A stretch of 64,000 bases of DNA from contig NW_027266270.1 in NCBI RefSeq assembly GCF_022045235.1, positions 9,362,001 through 9,426,000 on the forward strand, written 5' to 3'. A program made the position numbers and the translations under genes. The stretch comes from Haliotis cracherodii (taxonomy: Eukaryota). Each line of letters opens with the position of its first letter. Position 1 is the first letter of the stretch. Under the pieces are notes generated by a model. The model was not told the DNA's origin and did no database searches. It worked only from the letters and a program-made list of their open reading frames with translations. Positions 1-12,499 of this stretch are shown here, piece after piece.

Positions 1-120
1 ATATGTTATAAAGTAGTATAAACTTGATATTAAGTCACATGTGGTACATCAAAGGTAAACAGTTGTTGGTGAGATATAAATAAGAGTGCATGTTTAGACA
101 AATATTTTGCTCATAGAGCT

Positions 121-1499
121 AAAGGTTTCTAAAAGTTAACATTACCTTGTCCGGAAAAATGAAATTTGATGATAAAAAACAAAGCAGATGACAATAAAAC
201 CCGATGCACGTGAGTTCCGTGCAAATTGAAATGCACATGCGTTCCCAAATTTCTTGCCCTGTAAAAATCGGCCATGATCGGATAACATTCATTCGATATT
301 GAATTGCTACCACATGCGAAGATTGACAGGAAATCAGCGATATCAAGCCTTTGGACCGTTGCAAGCTGGACAAACCGCCCGGCAAGTAGCCAATGCATTT
401 CAAGTCCACGTAAGGACCATATACAGGCCCCAGCAACGGTACCAGACCACCAACACTACAGATCACCGACCACGTAGTGGAAGACCACGGGTCACAACCC
501 GACGTCAGGGTCGTCAGATTGTGCGACAACATCTTCAAGAGATTGTTATATTACTGCTGCGGAAACTGATCGACAGACCATGGGGACACACCAACGACAC
601 ATTAGAGCGGACACCGTGCGTAGACGATTGACGAGCAGACACCTCCACTGTCACAGGCCACACCGAGGACCCGTTCTGACACCACGTCATCGCCGGGGAC
701 CGTCTTCAGTGGGCAACACAGCACCAGCATTGGCGCCACCAGCAGTGGAGAAGAGTCCTCTTCTCAGACGAGAGCCGTTACTGTATCTCAACAGCAGATG
801 CCAGACTGAGAGTCTGACGCCGCCGTGGGGAACGTTATTCGGATGCTTGTGTTGTTGAGAGAGACTGGGGTGGTCCGAGAATCATGGTGTGGAGTGGAAT
901 TGGTCTTGCACAGAGGGTCGACCCTGCGGTCTTCAAGAACATCGGTACGTTGATCAAGTCTTGACACACGCCATACCTCTTTGGCACTTCGCCGCAACCA
1001 CGAGTTTCAGCATGATAACGCCCCTGCCCACAATGCGAGAGCAACAAGAGACTTCCTTCAGCAGAATGGCATCAGAACCATGCAGTGGCCTGCCCTCAGT
1101 CCCGATTTAAATCCCATTGAGCACCCCTGGGACGAGATTCAAAGACAACTGAATGACGTCCGACCAAGGCCGATAACTGCAGCTGACCTGCATCAAGCGT
1201 TCATCAGAGTGTGGGCTCAAGTGCCTATGGCCTTCATCAACCGCCTCATCCATTCCATGTAATGACGTTGCACGGCAGTCATCAATGCACATGGCGGACA
1301 CACGAGATACTGACTTGTGATGACATTTGCTCAGAGACTAGTGTTGTGTTTCACAAGAACATCACACACTTTAATTTCCACCTTTGTGATCAGTTTTGCC
1401 AAATATCATCTTTTTAATGTCTCAAAGTATGTTTACAGTGTTTGGATAAAAAAGGCTTCTCATATATCTATCCATGGTGATGTTTCTTTTGCGGTTCAG
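121..1499 (+). mobile_element. Tc1-family DNA transposon, family 1, 5'-truncated and decayed
   Basis: Colinear with the copy at 20362-21627 from about position 121. Right TIR (GGTGATGTTTCTTTTGCGGTTCAG) is followed by TA at 1500-1501. Left TIR not seen. Confidence 0.9.
314..1313 (+). pseudogene. Tc1 DD34E transposase pseudogene (frameshifted)
   Basis: Fragments across frames: MRRLT..GRPRVTT (HTH), VLFSDES, FQHDNAPAH...WPALSPDLNPIEHPW (34 residues between D and E), C-terminal GGHTRY*. Confidence 0.92.
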
Positions 1500-1923
1500 T
1501 AAATTATTCCGAATATTCAAAATATTTTTATAATGTCAACCCACTGATTTCTGCTTATACACGAAGCTGGGGAACGTGACTTAAGGAGTTCACGTCAGAG
1601 CAAACATTTCCCAGTTTCTGCGATTAAATGTATCAAGTAGATTTACAGCTAAAGACGCGTGGTGATAAAAACATTTCTCGCGACAAATTTCTCTGTATTT
1701 ATTACGAGCAAAGCCATGCTGACTCAAGAAGCTGACATCTCCCGTTGTTCTTAACTGATCTGATAATGAGTATTTATCTATTCCAGTGTTACATTCTGCA
1801 TCATGCCAAGCTTCAGTATTCATATTCATTCCTATATATGAAGTAACGTCCCAATAATTTACCAGCAGTAATCGACCATTATGAGAGGTTTCCTACTAAA
1901 GAAGTCAGGAATAAAGTGAATGA

Positions 1924-2046
1924 TACGGAAGCCTTTTATGAACATTGTTTTCTTCTTTTCTTGAAATTTCAACTTATTATCTTGAAATTTCAACTTAGTA
2001 TATTGAAATTTCAAGACAAAAAAAACGGCCCTGAAAGGCTTCCGTA
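1924..2046. mobile_element. MITE with TACGGAAGCCTT terminal inverted repeats and internal ~21-bp repeats
   Basis: TACGGAAGCCTT at the left end and AAGGCTTCCGTA at the right end. Three internal TTGAAATTTCAA-containing units. Confidence 0.75.
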
Positions 2047-2059
2047 GAATGATTGTCGT

Positions 2060-2204
2060 GTTACGCCGCTTTTGTAATATTCCAGCAATATCTCGGCAGG
2101 TGACACCAGAAATGGGTTTCACACATTTTACTCATGTGCGAAATCGAACCCTGACCTTCGGCGAAGCGACAGAACGCTTTAACCAGTTGCCTACCGTTCG
2201 CCCG
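2060..2204 (-). mobile_element. tRNA-derived SINE family A (diverged copy)
   Basis: Similar to the copy at 11554-11732 (B-box GGTTCGATT, CCCATTTCTGGTGTC, GCTGGAATATT tail). Confidence 0.75.
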
Positions 2205-2641
2205 CAGGAACAAAGGGCCAATCCAATACCTTTGAATGTATTTACACATGACACGAAACCTCTTTGGACTTTGAGTTCAGGGTGATTACATAAGCCCACA
2301 TCAACGCTGGTGTTTGCAGATTTGCATGTAAACACACCCGGCAACACATGTCTTTGATTATCGTGTTTACATATACCTAAATGTTTTAGTCTTGTGCTGT
2401 ATTGAGACAGATAGGGTTGATATAACAATACACAGAGGCATGCATGAAATGCAAACACCGCTTTTATCGTCTACATATCTTCGTGTCCTGAAGTAATCGA
2501 CGCGACTGATTGGTATACACAATACATACAGAGTCTCTTATACGTGGTATAAAGTTTATAGTCTCTTGTACCCAGCCTTTATTGCATTACGTGTGGTGGC
2601 GCGGGTGACCGAGTCGCCTGATGCGGCGCGATTCGCTGTCA

Positions 2642-2992
2642 TGTGGTGCATTTGCTGTAAAGTGGTGCAACTGCGGTAACGTGGTGCATTTGCTGTAAAG
2701 TGGTGCAACTGCGGTAACGTGGTGCATTTGCTGTAAAGTGATGCAACTGCGGTAATGTAGTGCAACTGCGGTAATGTGGTGCAATTGCTGTAAAGTGGTG
2801 CAACTGCGGTAATGTGGTGCAAATGTTGTAAAGAGGTGCAATTGTTGTAATGTGGTGCAATTGCTGTAAAGTGGTGCAATTGTTGTAATGTGGTGCAGTT
2901 GTTGTAATGTAGTGCAGTTGTTGTAATGTGGTGCAATTGGTGTAAAGTGGTGCAATTGTTGTAATGTGGTGCAATTGCTGTAAAGAGGTGCA
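2642..2992. repeat. 19-bp minisatellite (GTGGTGCAA[T/C]TG[C/T][T/G]GTAA[A/T/C]) with partial 38-bp dimer structure
   Basis: About 18 tandem units visible. The three overlapping repetitive ORFs derive from it. Confidence 0.92.
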
Positions 2993-3461
2993 AGCCCCTT
3001 ACACGAGCTCGTGGGTAAGTTGTGTATGTCTTATCATAAGACCTGCTTCCATTGGAACATTTCTCTCACATCAAGATGACGCGCGATGATATACTGTCCT
3101 AAACGGCGTTAAACTAAACTCGCCTGCTCACTTAAACTTAAATCACTCACTCAAACATTGATCAATGATTGATGTGCAACAATCTTTGGTTGAAGGGGTC
3201 AATTCATGTGTCAACCATCAATGTATTTCTGTAATATTGTTTAAAAAGCGGCGTTAAGCTATATTCACTCACTCACAAACCAATGATGGCATTTCGACTT
3301 AAGAAAGGAGAAAGGACCTCGATGAAGATTGATAGGGGCAGTGGGGGCTGGGGGTCGGGGTTTGAGGGGAGGAAATTTAAACTACGAACATAAATGATAA
3401 AACATAACAACTGTGTATTATATAAAATGAAATCAGTATCCCGCTGTCCTTGTTTAATGGA

Positions 3462-3739
3462 GGGGAAACGGGCGACCCAGTCGTCTAAGGCGACGCGATT
3501 CGCTGTGCAGAGTTGCGTCCCTTAGGCACGCCAGAAACCTATGATTGTGGGTTCGAATCCCGGTTCGCCCCGATTATGTTTCTAGGTTTGTCAGCACCAT
3601 ACCCGTGCTCGTGGGTTTCACCAAAGTGGTAAACGTCTGAAACCTCCATCACTTCGGGCTTCCTCCCACATTAAGCTGACACGCCGTGATATAACTGGAA
3701 TACTGTTAAAAGCGGCGTTAAACCCAACCCACTCGCTCA
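3462..3739 (+). mobile_element. tRNA-derived SINE family B, full length
   Basis: GTCTAAGGCG head, B-box GGGTTCGAATCCC, tail GGAATACTGTTAAAAGCGGCGTTAAACCC. Imperfect TSD TTGTTT[A/T]ATGGA. Near-copy at 9595-9872. Confidence 0.85.
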
Positions 3740-3784
3740 TTGTTTTATGGACTGTCCTGATCCACATCTGCTCGAAAGGTAATA

Positions 3785-3958
3785 CAGTAAACTACGGTTA
3801 TAAAGAACTCGAAATGACCACTTATTTTAGTTCGTAATAACCGTAGTTCGTTATAAGCATACATACAGCAAATATACAACAAATGGTCGGGACTTAAACA
3901 AAGTTCGTTTTATCGGTCAGTACGGTGTAAGCGTGTTCGTTATAAAGGTAGTTGACTG
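3785..3958. mobile_element. Tc1/mariner(pogo)-type MITE
   Basis: TA|CAGTAAACTACGGTTATAAAGAAC ... GTTCGTTATAAAGGTAGTTGACTG|TA: ~24-bp imperfect TIRs, TA flanks, internal GTTCGT(T/A)ATAA subrepeats. Confidence 0.8.
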
Positions 3959-4822
3959 TATATGTATGCTGTAGTTAATGACTATCAAAATTAAAATTGC
4001 ATTCGCTTTTTCATGTAACCGACATTGAACCATACTGTCATTATCCATGTACCATTTGATATAGACTGAACTGCTCAACTTCAAATCTTATTAAACATAA
4101 GACTCTCCTGATCCCAGCATGTGATATAGTTGTGTATTGATGAAGACGTGCCATGTCTTTATTCCACAGTTAACTCAGTGCTTATATTATCCTATTGATA
4201 CTTGAGACAATTGTCATTGCATCTTAAGAGTATGCTTACGGTGCGCTTGTGAAGGCAGAATTCTGAACATGAAAGGGGTATATGACTCGTTCAGTGATGT
4301 ACGGGGGCGAATATTCATGGGTAGATTATATTGTTTTCGGTTGGCTGGGTCGATTGAAGAATGAATTTATAAAGTATACTTCTTTTTGGTTAGGATGGTG
4401 CAAAGCAACGAGTTAAATAGCAGTAATGTTCTCTTGAAACCACACACTCCTCAAATAACTAAAAAATTACAACAAGGATCTGACAGTGGGATTCGTCAAA
4501 GCTGGAAAAACTCGAACTTGGTCCTGGATCATCGCTGAGAGGAGGGAATGCTCAACGATAATGGTAACTTGTTGGACGCAATTCCCTTTATTAAGTTTTG
4601 CCATATGCTGCTGTGTTTTTCAGGTGAACAACTGACTTGCCTTTGCATGTGTTTGTGCTCTGGAAAGTGTCTCTTTGTCATTCCAAATGACACATAAAAT
4701 TTGAGTGAGATATGTTGTAAGTCGCTATTAGCAATATGTCCGCGGTGTGTCCTACCAGAAATAGGCTTCACGCAATGTGGGAATTGAACCAGGGATTTAG
4801 GCGTGACGAGCGAACACTGTAA

Positions 4823-4984
4823 GTGAGTGAGTGAGTATGGTTTTACGCCGCTTATAGCAATATTCCAGCAAAATCACGGTGGGGTATACCAGAAATGGGC
4901 TTCACACATTATACCCATGTCGGAAATCAAACCCGGGTCTTCGGCGAGACGAGCGAAAGCCTTAACCACTAGGCTAACCGACCG
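4823..4984 (-). mobile_element. SINE family A nested in an older family A copy (outer copy from ~4724)
   Basis: 13-bp TSD GCGAAC[A/G]CTGTAA at 4810-4822 and 4985-4997; (GAGT)n tail. Confidence 0.85.
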
Positions 4985-5579
4985 GCGAACGCTGTAACCA
5001 ACAACATGACCGCCTATATCAAGAGTTGAAACGCATTGTACCCACGTTGGGAAGCAATATCAACGCTGTATCCACTAGATTACCCGGACGTCCCTCGTCA
5101 AAACACTTCATTATTAAAACATGCCATTGATTTTGTTCCTATCTCTTAACCTGTTATGGCATCCTTCTTCTGTGATATCATGTATGTGAACAAGTAATGA
5201 ACGGAACATTGAAAGGTAGATAAGAGCATTAAAAAATCAAATGCCAACTACAAAGAACTTTTCAGATGACACCTGTTCGCATGGGTTATCTCAAAACACA
5301 GTCATAGTGATGTGTTCAAGTGTCATCCTGTCTGAATAGCTACTTCTTCCTAAAGCCTCATTGGCTCACTTTACTGTGAGATATGCAAGTGCGCTACATC
5401 TTCCTGGTACATATAAGGCAGCTAAAGGTCAGGAAGATGTGGTTCAACAATCATTGCTCAATACAAAACGATTTTTTGGGGTTAAATGTATGTGTTGGTA
5501 TTGTCGGGAATGCAATAGGTTCAGGTTTTTGAATATATTGTTCGTTTTTTTTGTTAGGTTGAAACACGATTCTTTGATA

Positions 5580-5750
5580 GTGAGTCAGTGAATGACTATG
5601 GTTTTTACGCCGCTTTTCCCAATATTCCACCAATATCACGGCGGGGGACACCAAAAATTGTCTAAACAAATTGTACCCATGTCAGTATTCGAACCCGGGT
5701 CTTCGGCGTGACGAACGAACGCTATAACCACTAGGCAACCCGAACGCCCC
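5580..5750 (-). mobile_element. SINE family A
   Basis: Full-length similarity to other family A copies, with a degenerate TSD GATTCT..[G/T]ATA. Confidence 0.85.
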
Positions 5751-5824
5751 GATTCTGGTATAGGATTGTACACAACCATGTCGTTGACAGGCGTAACTGT
5801 AAGGTAAACATCACGATATTATAT

Positions 5825-6290
5825 TAGGTGAATAATTTGTTTAACGTCATCTTCAACAGTATCATATCACTTAATGGGAGATGAACGCCCACAGTGATGC
5901 AGGAATTAGACGTTAATTACTGAGGTGAAACTCGTCCAGTAGCAGCTGACAGACAATGAACCATAATCAACGCAAATATGGGATTCGAACTCACTACCGT
6001 AAGAGTATTGATCCTCTAAGGGGCGCAACTCTGCACTGCGAATTGGAGATGACTTGGATATCAGAGTCACCAATATAGAAAAAAAAAACGTATTCATAAT
6101 ATTGTGTTAAGATGAAAAGTGAGTGTGTTCGGTTTAAGGCTGCTTTGAACAGTATTCCGGTTTATCATGGTGTGTCAGCTTGGTGGGGGAGTAAAGCCCG
6201 AAGTGATGTAGGTCTTAGACGTTGGCAACTTTGGTGAAACCCTCAAGCACGGGTATGGTGCTGACAGTGCAAAAAACATAATAAGGGTGA
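5825..6290 (-). mobile_element. Two decayed SINE family B copies (~5825-6060 and ~6118-6290)
   Basis: GGGATTCGAAC, GCGCAACTCTGCAC and GCACGGGTATGGTGCTGACA segments match the copy at 9595-9872. Confidence 0.7.
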
Positions 6291-6955
6291 CAAGAGACGC
6301 AAAGGCAAGGCGAATTGTAGACGAGCTCCAATTTAGGAGAATCTTGTTCCTAACGTCGTGTTAAGATGGAGAAGAAATAGGAAACCTCATCATGGATTTA
6401 GGGCAACCCGAAAAAGCCCAAAGCTGGGACAGTATATCCCTTCGTTTCTAATCCCCTCAGGAAGTATAACAAAACGCCGACTTGACGAACAATCCTTTCT
6501 CATGGCACACATTACAAACTTTGTCAATGGTATGACATTATAGTTTCGCATGTGGTAACAGTGAGATACATGATCAAATGTAGATTGAAAAGGCTCTGCT
6601 TGAACGAATTGTCAACATACACATACACATAACATGAGGTAGTTAATCGCATGTCATGTTGTTTTTTGCTGAACGGGACAAAGGGATCACTCGGAGACAA
6701 ACTGCAATGGAGAGATGAACTCGTTCCTGAGCTGAACGATGAGGACCGCTTCTTTGGTTTAGTGGACAGAACGTCTGTCAGGGGAGCGGATGGTAGGTGA
6801 TTCGTTCCAGCCTCGTCAGATCAAAAGCGCTTTTCGTTTTCACCTGAGCTCAGCATTAAGGGATAAAATAAGGGATTGTTAGCTCAGTTTTTTATCCATG
6901 TTAAAATATCGCTTGGTAAATCAATGGCATTAGTACTTACTAGTTCAAGCAGCCG

Positions 6956-7200
6956 ACCCGGGAAGATTCGGGTAGAGAAAAGGTCTTCAGCAACCCATGC
7001 TTGCCGTGAGAGGCGACTATGCTCGTCGTGGGTGACGACTAACGGGATCGGGTGGTTTGATGCATGTCATCGATCCCAATTGCGTGGATCGATGCTCATG
7101 ATATCAATCACTGGATTGTCTGTTCCAGACTTGATTATTTACAGACAGCCGTCATATAAATGGAATATTGCTGAGTGTGGCATTAAACAACAAACAAAGA
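6956..7200 (+). mobile_element. SINE-like family C (no tRNA head; GTCGTAAGAGGCGACTAA-type core)
   Basis: Homologous to 8785-9025, 14665-14860, 21790-21993 and 23240-23475. Tail GGAATATTGCTGAGTGTGGCATTAAACAACAAAC. Confidence 0.75.
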
Positions 7201-7245
7201 AACAAGTAGAAGCATCCACACACGCACGTTGCTATAATATATATA

Positions 7246-8708
7246 CTCTTCAAAAACAGAGTAGCAAAGCCAGATTTGTGTGAGGTAGGAAAATGCATTT
7301 ATACGAGTAACCGTACAAGGTATTGAACCAAAATGTTGTGGAGAAAACACTTGGTGATTGTAGTCATCTCAGTTATCAATACATCGGAAAAGTCCAAGGT
7401 GAAGGTCAACAACCATCTATAACGCGTATGTTAGCGTATGACACCTCCTGCCGGTGGAAGAGACGAGTATGCGAATCACATCCTACGGAATGGTAGCCCA
7501 CTCGGCCTGAACGCAAAGGCCAACTGCTACAACGTCTGGGGCTATTGTTGACGTCGGCGTAGCCGTCTATCCAATTCATCCTACAGGTGCTCTATCGGGT
7601 TCAAATCCGGGGATCTGCAGGGCCAGGGGAGACCATCAACGTTGTTGTGTAGCCAGGCTCTTGTGATCCGTGCTGTATGCGGTCGAGCGTTGTCCTGCTG
7701 GAATGTACCGTTGCCGTTGGCTGCAATTGGGAGGACGTGTGGTAGGAGAATTTCGTTGAGCCGTAAGAGTGCTCTGGATATGGACCAAACCTGTCCTGTC
7801 ATGATGAGAGATAGCCGTCCACATCATAACGCTAACCTCACCAAACCTGTCCACTTCCTGTACGCACATTCCGTCGTAACGTTCTCCCCGACGTCTGTAG
7901 ACCCGTGCTCTTCCATCCCCTCGACGGAGGAGAAATCTTTATTTGTCGCTGAACGCGATACCTCTCCATCGCAGTTACCTGTTCGCCATACCCTGTGTTG
8001 ACGACACCAATGCAGTCGCTGTTGTCGATGTTATCGACTCAATATGAAGCGTCGAACAGGACGACTTCTGGCCTGCTGCTCTTAAACGGTTTCCTGCGGT
8101 CTATTCGGAGATTCTGCGCAGTCCGGGTATTTGGGATGCGGTTGAGGTGGCTGTGGTCGTCCTTTCACGTAAGGTGGCGCAGTCGGATATAGCGATCTTG
8201 GGCGGAACAGGTTACTCTTAGTCGTCCCGACCTTGGCCGATTACGTGTTGACCGCTGCTGCTAAAACCGATCCCATAGCCTTGTAATGGTGCTGGGCGCT
8301 ACAAAGAAAACCCTGGCTACAGGTGATCGGGATTCCCAAGCCTGCAAGCGGCCTATGACGTTGTTTCTTGGTACTTCTGATAATCTTGGCATGTTGTTGA
8401 TCTGTTACTGTTCGATTGACGCAGATGCCAGGCAATCAAAAAACCTGCACTTTAATACCCTTCATAGTGCTGCTGCACGTGCAGTACGGGCAGCTCCATG
8501 GCCCTTTTGTCAATGCACTGTGTGCGTTTTTTCGATTCGTACGCGTTTCCCGACTAATGGTTTGCATGTCCTTGTTGTCCTCATTTTGATCCGGGAAATT
8601 TGTCACTGACACTAGAGCACACTAAACCTCGTCATTTTGCACCTCATGGTCCGCTAAGTTTGCTTTTATGGCCAAAAATATCAGTATAGCGTTTCTTTTT
8701 TTGAAGAG
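7246..8708 (-). mobile_element. Tc1-family DNA transposon, family 2, with both TIRs and a dead transposase (ATG at 8392)
   Basis: TA|CTCTTCAAAAACAGA ... TTTCTTTTTTTGAAGAG|TA. Minus-strand MPRLSEVPRNNVIGRLQA, SVMMW, FQQDNARPHTAR...WPCRSPDLNPIEHL, with stops and frameshifts. Confidence 0.92.
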
Positions 8709-8784
8709 TATATAAGTGTAATAATCTTGAACCCCATTTCTCCTCGACCACCTATAACATACAGCAGTGTTAGTAGTGACGTTC

Positions 8785-9025
8785 CCGCGGGGATACTGGG
8801 TTACATTTGGTTTCCAGCTTGTCGTACGAGGTAACTTAAGGGACTATGCTTGTCGTCAGAGACGGGTAACGGGATCGGGTAGTCTGAGTCGGTGACCTAG
8901 TTAATTGTGAGAAGTCCAACCAAGCGTGACTGGTTGGTCATAATATGAAGCACTGGTTTGTCTGGACCAGACTCAATTATTTACAGGATCATTTATTGCT
9001 TGGCGCGGCGTTAAACAGCAAACCA
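8785..9025 (+). mobile_element. SINE-like family C, decayed
   Basis: TGCTTGTCGT..AACGGGATCGGGT core, CCAGACTCAATTATTTACAG, GCGGCGTTAAACAGCAAAC tail. Confidence 0.65.
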
Positions 9026-9594
9026 TCAAGCAGACTGCCATCTAGAGTGTCTGACATTTACCTGATCTTCGCGTGAAACGACAGAGATGGCATTGTAAGT
9101 TATTCTGTGTAGTAACACAAACGACAAAACACACACTAAAACCAAACTGCAATGGAATGTTGAGATCAGCAATGCATGTATGCATTCATGAACATCACAG
9201 GATGAATGGCGGCTGACATATTAATGCATTCCCTAGGAAAAGGATCTTTGTACTGGGGTTTTCAGTAAGGCTGCTGTTTTTACATCTGATGTATTCATTT
9301 CATAAAACGTATTTGTACATGCTTTATTTAACATGATGTCTTCCCTATTTCTAAGTTGTGGCACAAAGAAATATTTATTCAACGGGATTCCAAGACTGAC
9401 AATCCCACAGTGTTATCATTATAGTTGCTATTTAATGATAATATATTGTAGCACACGCTTGGTCGCACTAAATGCTCCTCCAGAAAATATGAATAACGTC
9501 AGTTTGTGTAAATTATAAACCCGGTCAAGTTCACAAAGGAGTGCTCGTGGGGCAGGGTACGCTTATCTTGTCGCTAACGCCTAGCATCATCAGT

Positions 9595-9872
9595 GAGTGA
9601 GTGAGTTGGGTTTAACGCCGCTTTTAACATTATTCCAGTTATATCACAGCGTGTCAGCTTAATGTTGGAGGAAAGCCCGAAGTCATGCAGGTCTCAGACG
9701 TTTACCACTTCGGTGAAACCCACGAGCACGGGTATGGTGCTGACAAACCTAGAGACATAATCGGGGCGAACCGGGATTCGAACCCACTATCGAAGGTTTC
9801 TGGCGTTCCCAAGGGACGCAACTCTGCACAGCGAATTGCGTCGCTTTAGACGACTGGGCCACCCGTGTCCCC
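9595..9872 (-). mobile_element. SINE family B, full length
   Basis: Reverse-complement near-copy of 3462-3739. TSD AGC[A/G]TCATCAGT; (GAGT)n tail. Confidence 0.88.
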
Positions 9873-10053
9873 AGCGTCATCAGTACTTCATAGTGATTCA
9901 GAAACGCAAGCTTATGGTATAGTCGGAATAACAATAAGCTCTTCATTTAGTGGAGATTTCTAACAATTATGGCATGATCACAAAGCTGTTTTACATCAGA
10001 ACTTCCTTCAGGCAAATAAAACAATGACATTAAAGGTGTTTTCATTTTTCAAT

Positions 10054-10218
10054 AGGGTGGTCGAGTAGCCTTGTGGTAAATGCGTTCACTCGTCACGCCG
10101 AAGATCCGGGTTCGATTCCCGACATGGGCACAATGTGTGAAGCCCATTTCTGGTGTCCCCCGCCGTGATATTGCTGGAATATTGCTAAAAGTGGCGTAAA
10201 ATCAAACTCACTCACTCA
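10054..10218 (+). mobile_element. SINE family A
   Basis: A-box TAGCCTTGTGG, B-box GGTTCGATTCCC, tail ending in (CTCA)n. Confidence 0.88.
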
Positions 10219-11553
10219 TTATTCAACATGAAAACGTTCAAATGAAAATACGCCACCTACAAACCAGGCAACGTTGCGTGTTTGTCACATATTGCATGAC
10301 TATTCGCCTGATATTAACATACAGAAACTCAAACTTACATAACTCCCAGTCTAGTTTGCCGTCTTCGTTGGAACATGTATTGAACAACACATGATGTGGT
10401 GGAATTCCCTTAGTTCTAACCCATTTAATCTGCTGTCCTATGGCTTCGGTTGGTAGCGTCCTGCATATAACATATACAAGGCGATGCGTACCAATGAGTC
10501 GTTAATCTGGATAGTAATAACTCATTTATCCGCTTAATTGTAAGGGGAGCGGGCGCATCATACAAAAAGATGTTAAAGGTGGTACTGTGTCTCAGTGTGG
10601 TATCCATGTTCAACTGCAGCATTGTATCTCAGTGCGGTTGCACTAAAAAACCGTCATGCGTCCGGGACCAAAACAAGCAGTCACACACGCACGCACGCGC
10701 GCGGGCGTCGGTACATAAGTACAATAATGTCGAACACAACGTTAAACCCCATTTCATCTTGCACCTGCCAATATATTCATGTTTCTACTTTCACGTGTGT
10801 GTCCTCATGCTCACTGGTAAACGCTACAAATACGAGTCGGCTCCTCTATGGGCGAGATGTTACTCTACCGTAGGTGGTGGTATCGTTTGTTAAGCACAGT
10901 GACACCCTGCCACCATACAGCCACGTGGATCAGCATGCAGCCACGTAACACCACACAAAAGTACTTCCTTTTTGTCAGCAGGTCAATCTCTTAGTAACCT
11001 AAGATACCACTCGAAATAATGCAAAAGCATGCCGATTCCACTTCTCTTTCACCTGTATGGCCCTTACCAAGTTTGAGATTACCATCACTCGTACAACAAA
11101 AGTAGATACATGCTTTTCGACATTCCCCTTGTATGGGCTTTTTGCTACCGCGCGAGATATTATTGCGATAATATCCCTTTTTTATCTATGAGAAGTCAGA
11201 AAAGATATTATGTTCATAACTGCGTCGTAAGCGTCAACTGACTTTACATTAAACAATGAATGACCGATTTCGCCTGGTTATTGACGATTATTCCGGATTT
11301 TAAATGCCTGTTATCCAATAACCGAAAGCCCAACGAGTACTTTAAAGGTAGCCCTCGATTTTATTGCAAGCGTTGTGTCAAAACGCTTATCAAAGCGAGG
11401 CTTATGCTATTGTACTGTTTATAGCCATAGCCATATTTCTGCCGACAAGACCTTGTTTTGTAAAACAATTCAATCGCTGTGTTGTGGTAGTTATAGTAGT
11501 GGGCCCCGTGCGTATTTATGTCACGTGTCACTTTAAGTATTTCAGTCTTTGTG

Positions 11554-11732
11554 AGTGAGTGAGTGAGTGAGTGAGTGAGTATGGTTTTACGCCGCTTTTA
11601 GCAATATTCCAGCAATATCACGGCGGGGGACACCAGAAATGGGCTTCACATATTGTACCCATGTCGGGAATCGAACCCGGATCTTCGGCGTGACGAGCGA
11701 ACGCTTTAACCACTAGGCTACCCGACCGCCAC
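11554..11732 (-). mobile_element. SINE family A, young copy
   Basis: Perfect 12-bp TSD TCAGTCTTTGTG at 11542-11553 and 11733-11744, long (GAGT)n tail, intact A and B boxes. Confidence 0.92.
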
Positions 11733-12499
11733 TCAGTCTTTGTGGCTCGATTGTTTCCCTGAATGGCTGGAATGTTCACAAACCTGGACATATTTGGCAT
11801 ACGTACGATAATACGAATGCATTTTCCGTTTGGAGAGTGCTTTTAGACCTACTTGCATTCTTATCGGGAGAGATCTCCTTTTTTTCACGGATGTGGTAAG
11901 AATATACCGGCAGATAGAAACGTTCATCCTTATCAAAGTTTCCCATCTGACAAATATGTCGCCTGCAAAATGAATTCTGTGATGTGTATGGGACAAGGGA
12001 CATTGGTCGCATTTTTGGAATATGCAAATCTAAGTTTCAATCTCATTAAAATCTGATGTTTGAAACCTCGCTGTGGGAAGATATGAGGATGCTTCCACAG
12101 GGGTTTCTTCCGGAGAACCCTGAGCGAACCTCCCGATTTAAATGGAGCATGCTTGAGTTATTCAGCCAATCAGATGTCAGCCTTCTCAAATCATTCGGCT
12201 TAATCTCGTTACCATCTCGATTGGGATATTTCGATCTTAACAAAGCAAAATTGCCCTTCACAATACACCCTTTAAGGTAGATTAGTCGTGACGCTCACAA
12301 ACGTTCTAAAACAATTATATAATATCACGTATTTACTGTTTGTATTCGTCTTTCCCCAATTACATTCGTTTTACGAGATTCAGAAAACAGTTCTTGTCTG
12401 AGTGCTCCGTTCAATCGTACAGAGATTTTGGAATCCTGGACGTTGAATGGCCTCTTGAAAGTGCATCTGACGCGACTGATGGGAGTGTCTTTGTATTTG

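Noticed and set aside
2556-2993. His/Thr-rich repetitive ORFs and a superficially CRISPR-like periodicity
   Set aside because: Contiguous 19-bp tandem units with no unique spacers and no cas genes; the ORFs are by-products of the repeat.
10054-10130. tRNA genes at SINE heads (also 3462, 11660-11732, 13235)
   Set aside because: They continue into SINE bodies with TSDs and lack a convincing cloverleaf or a poly-T terminator.
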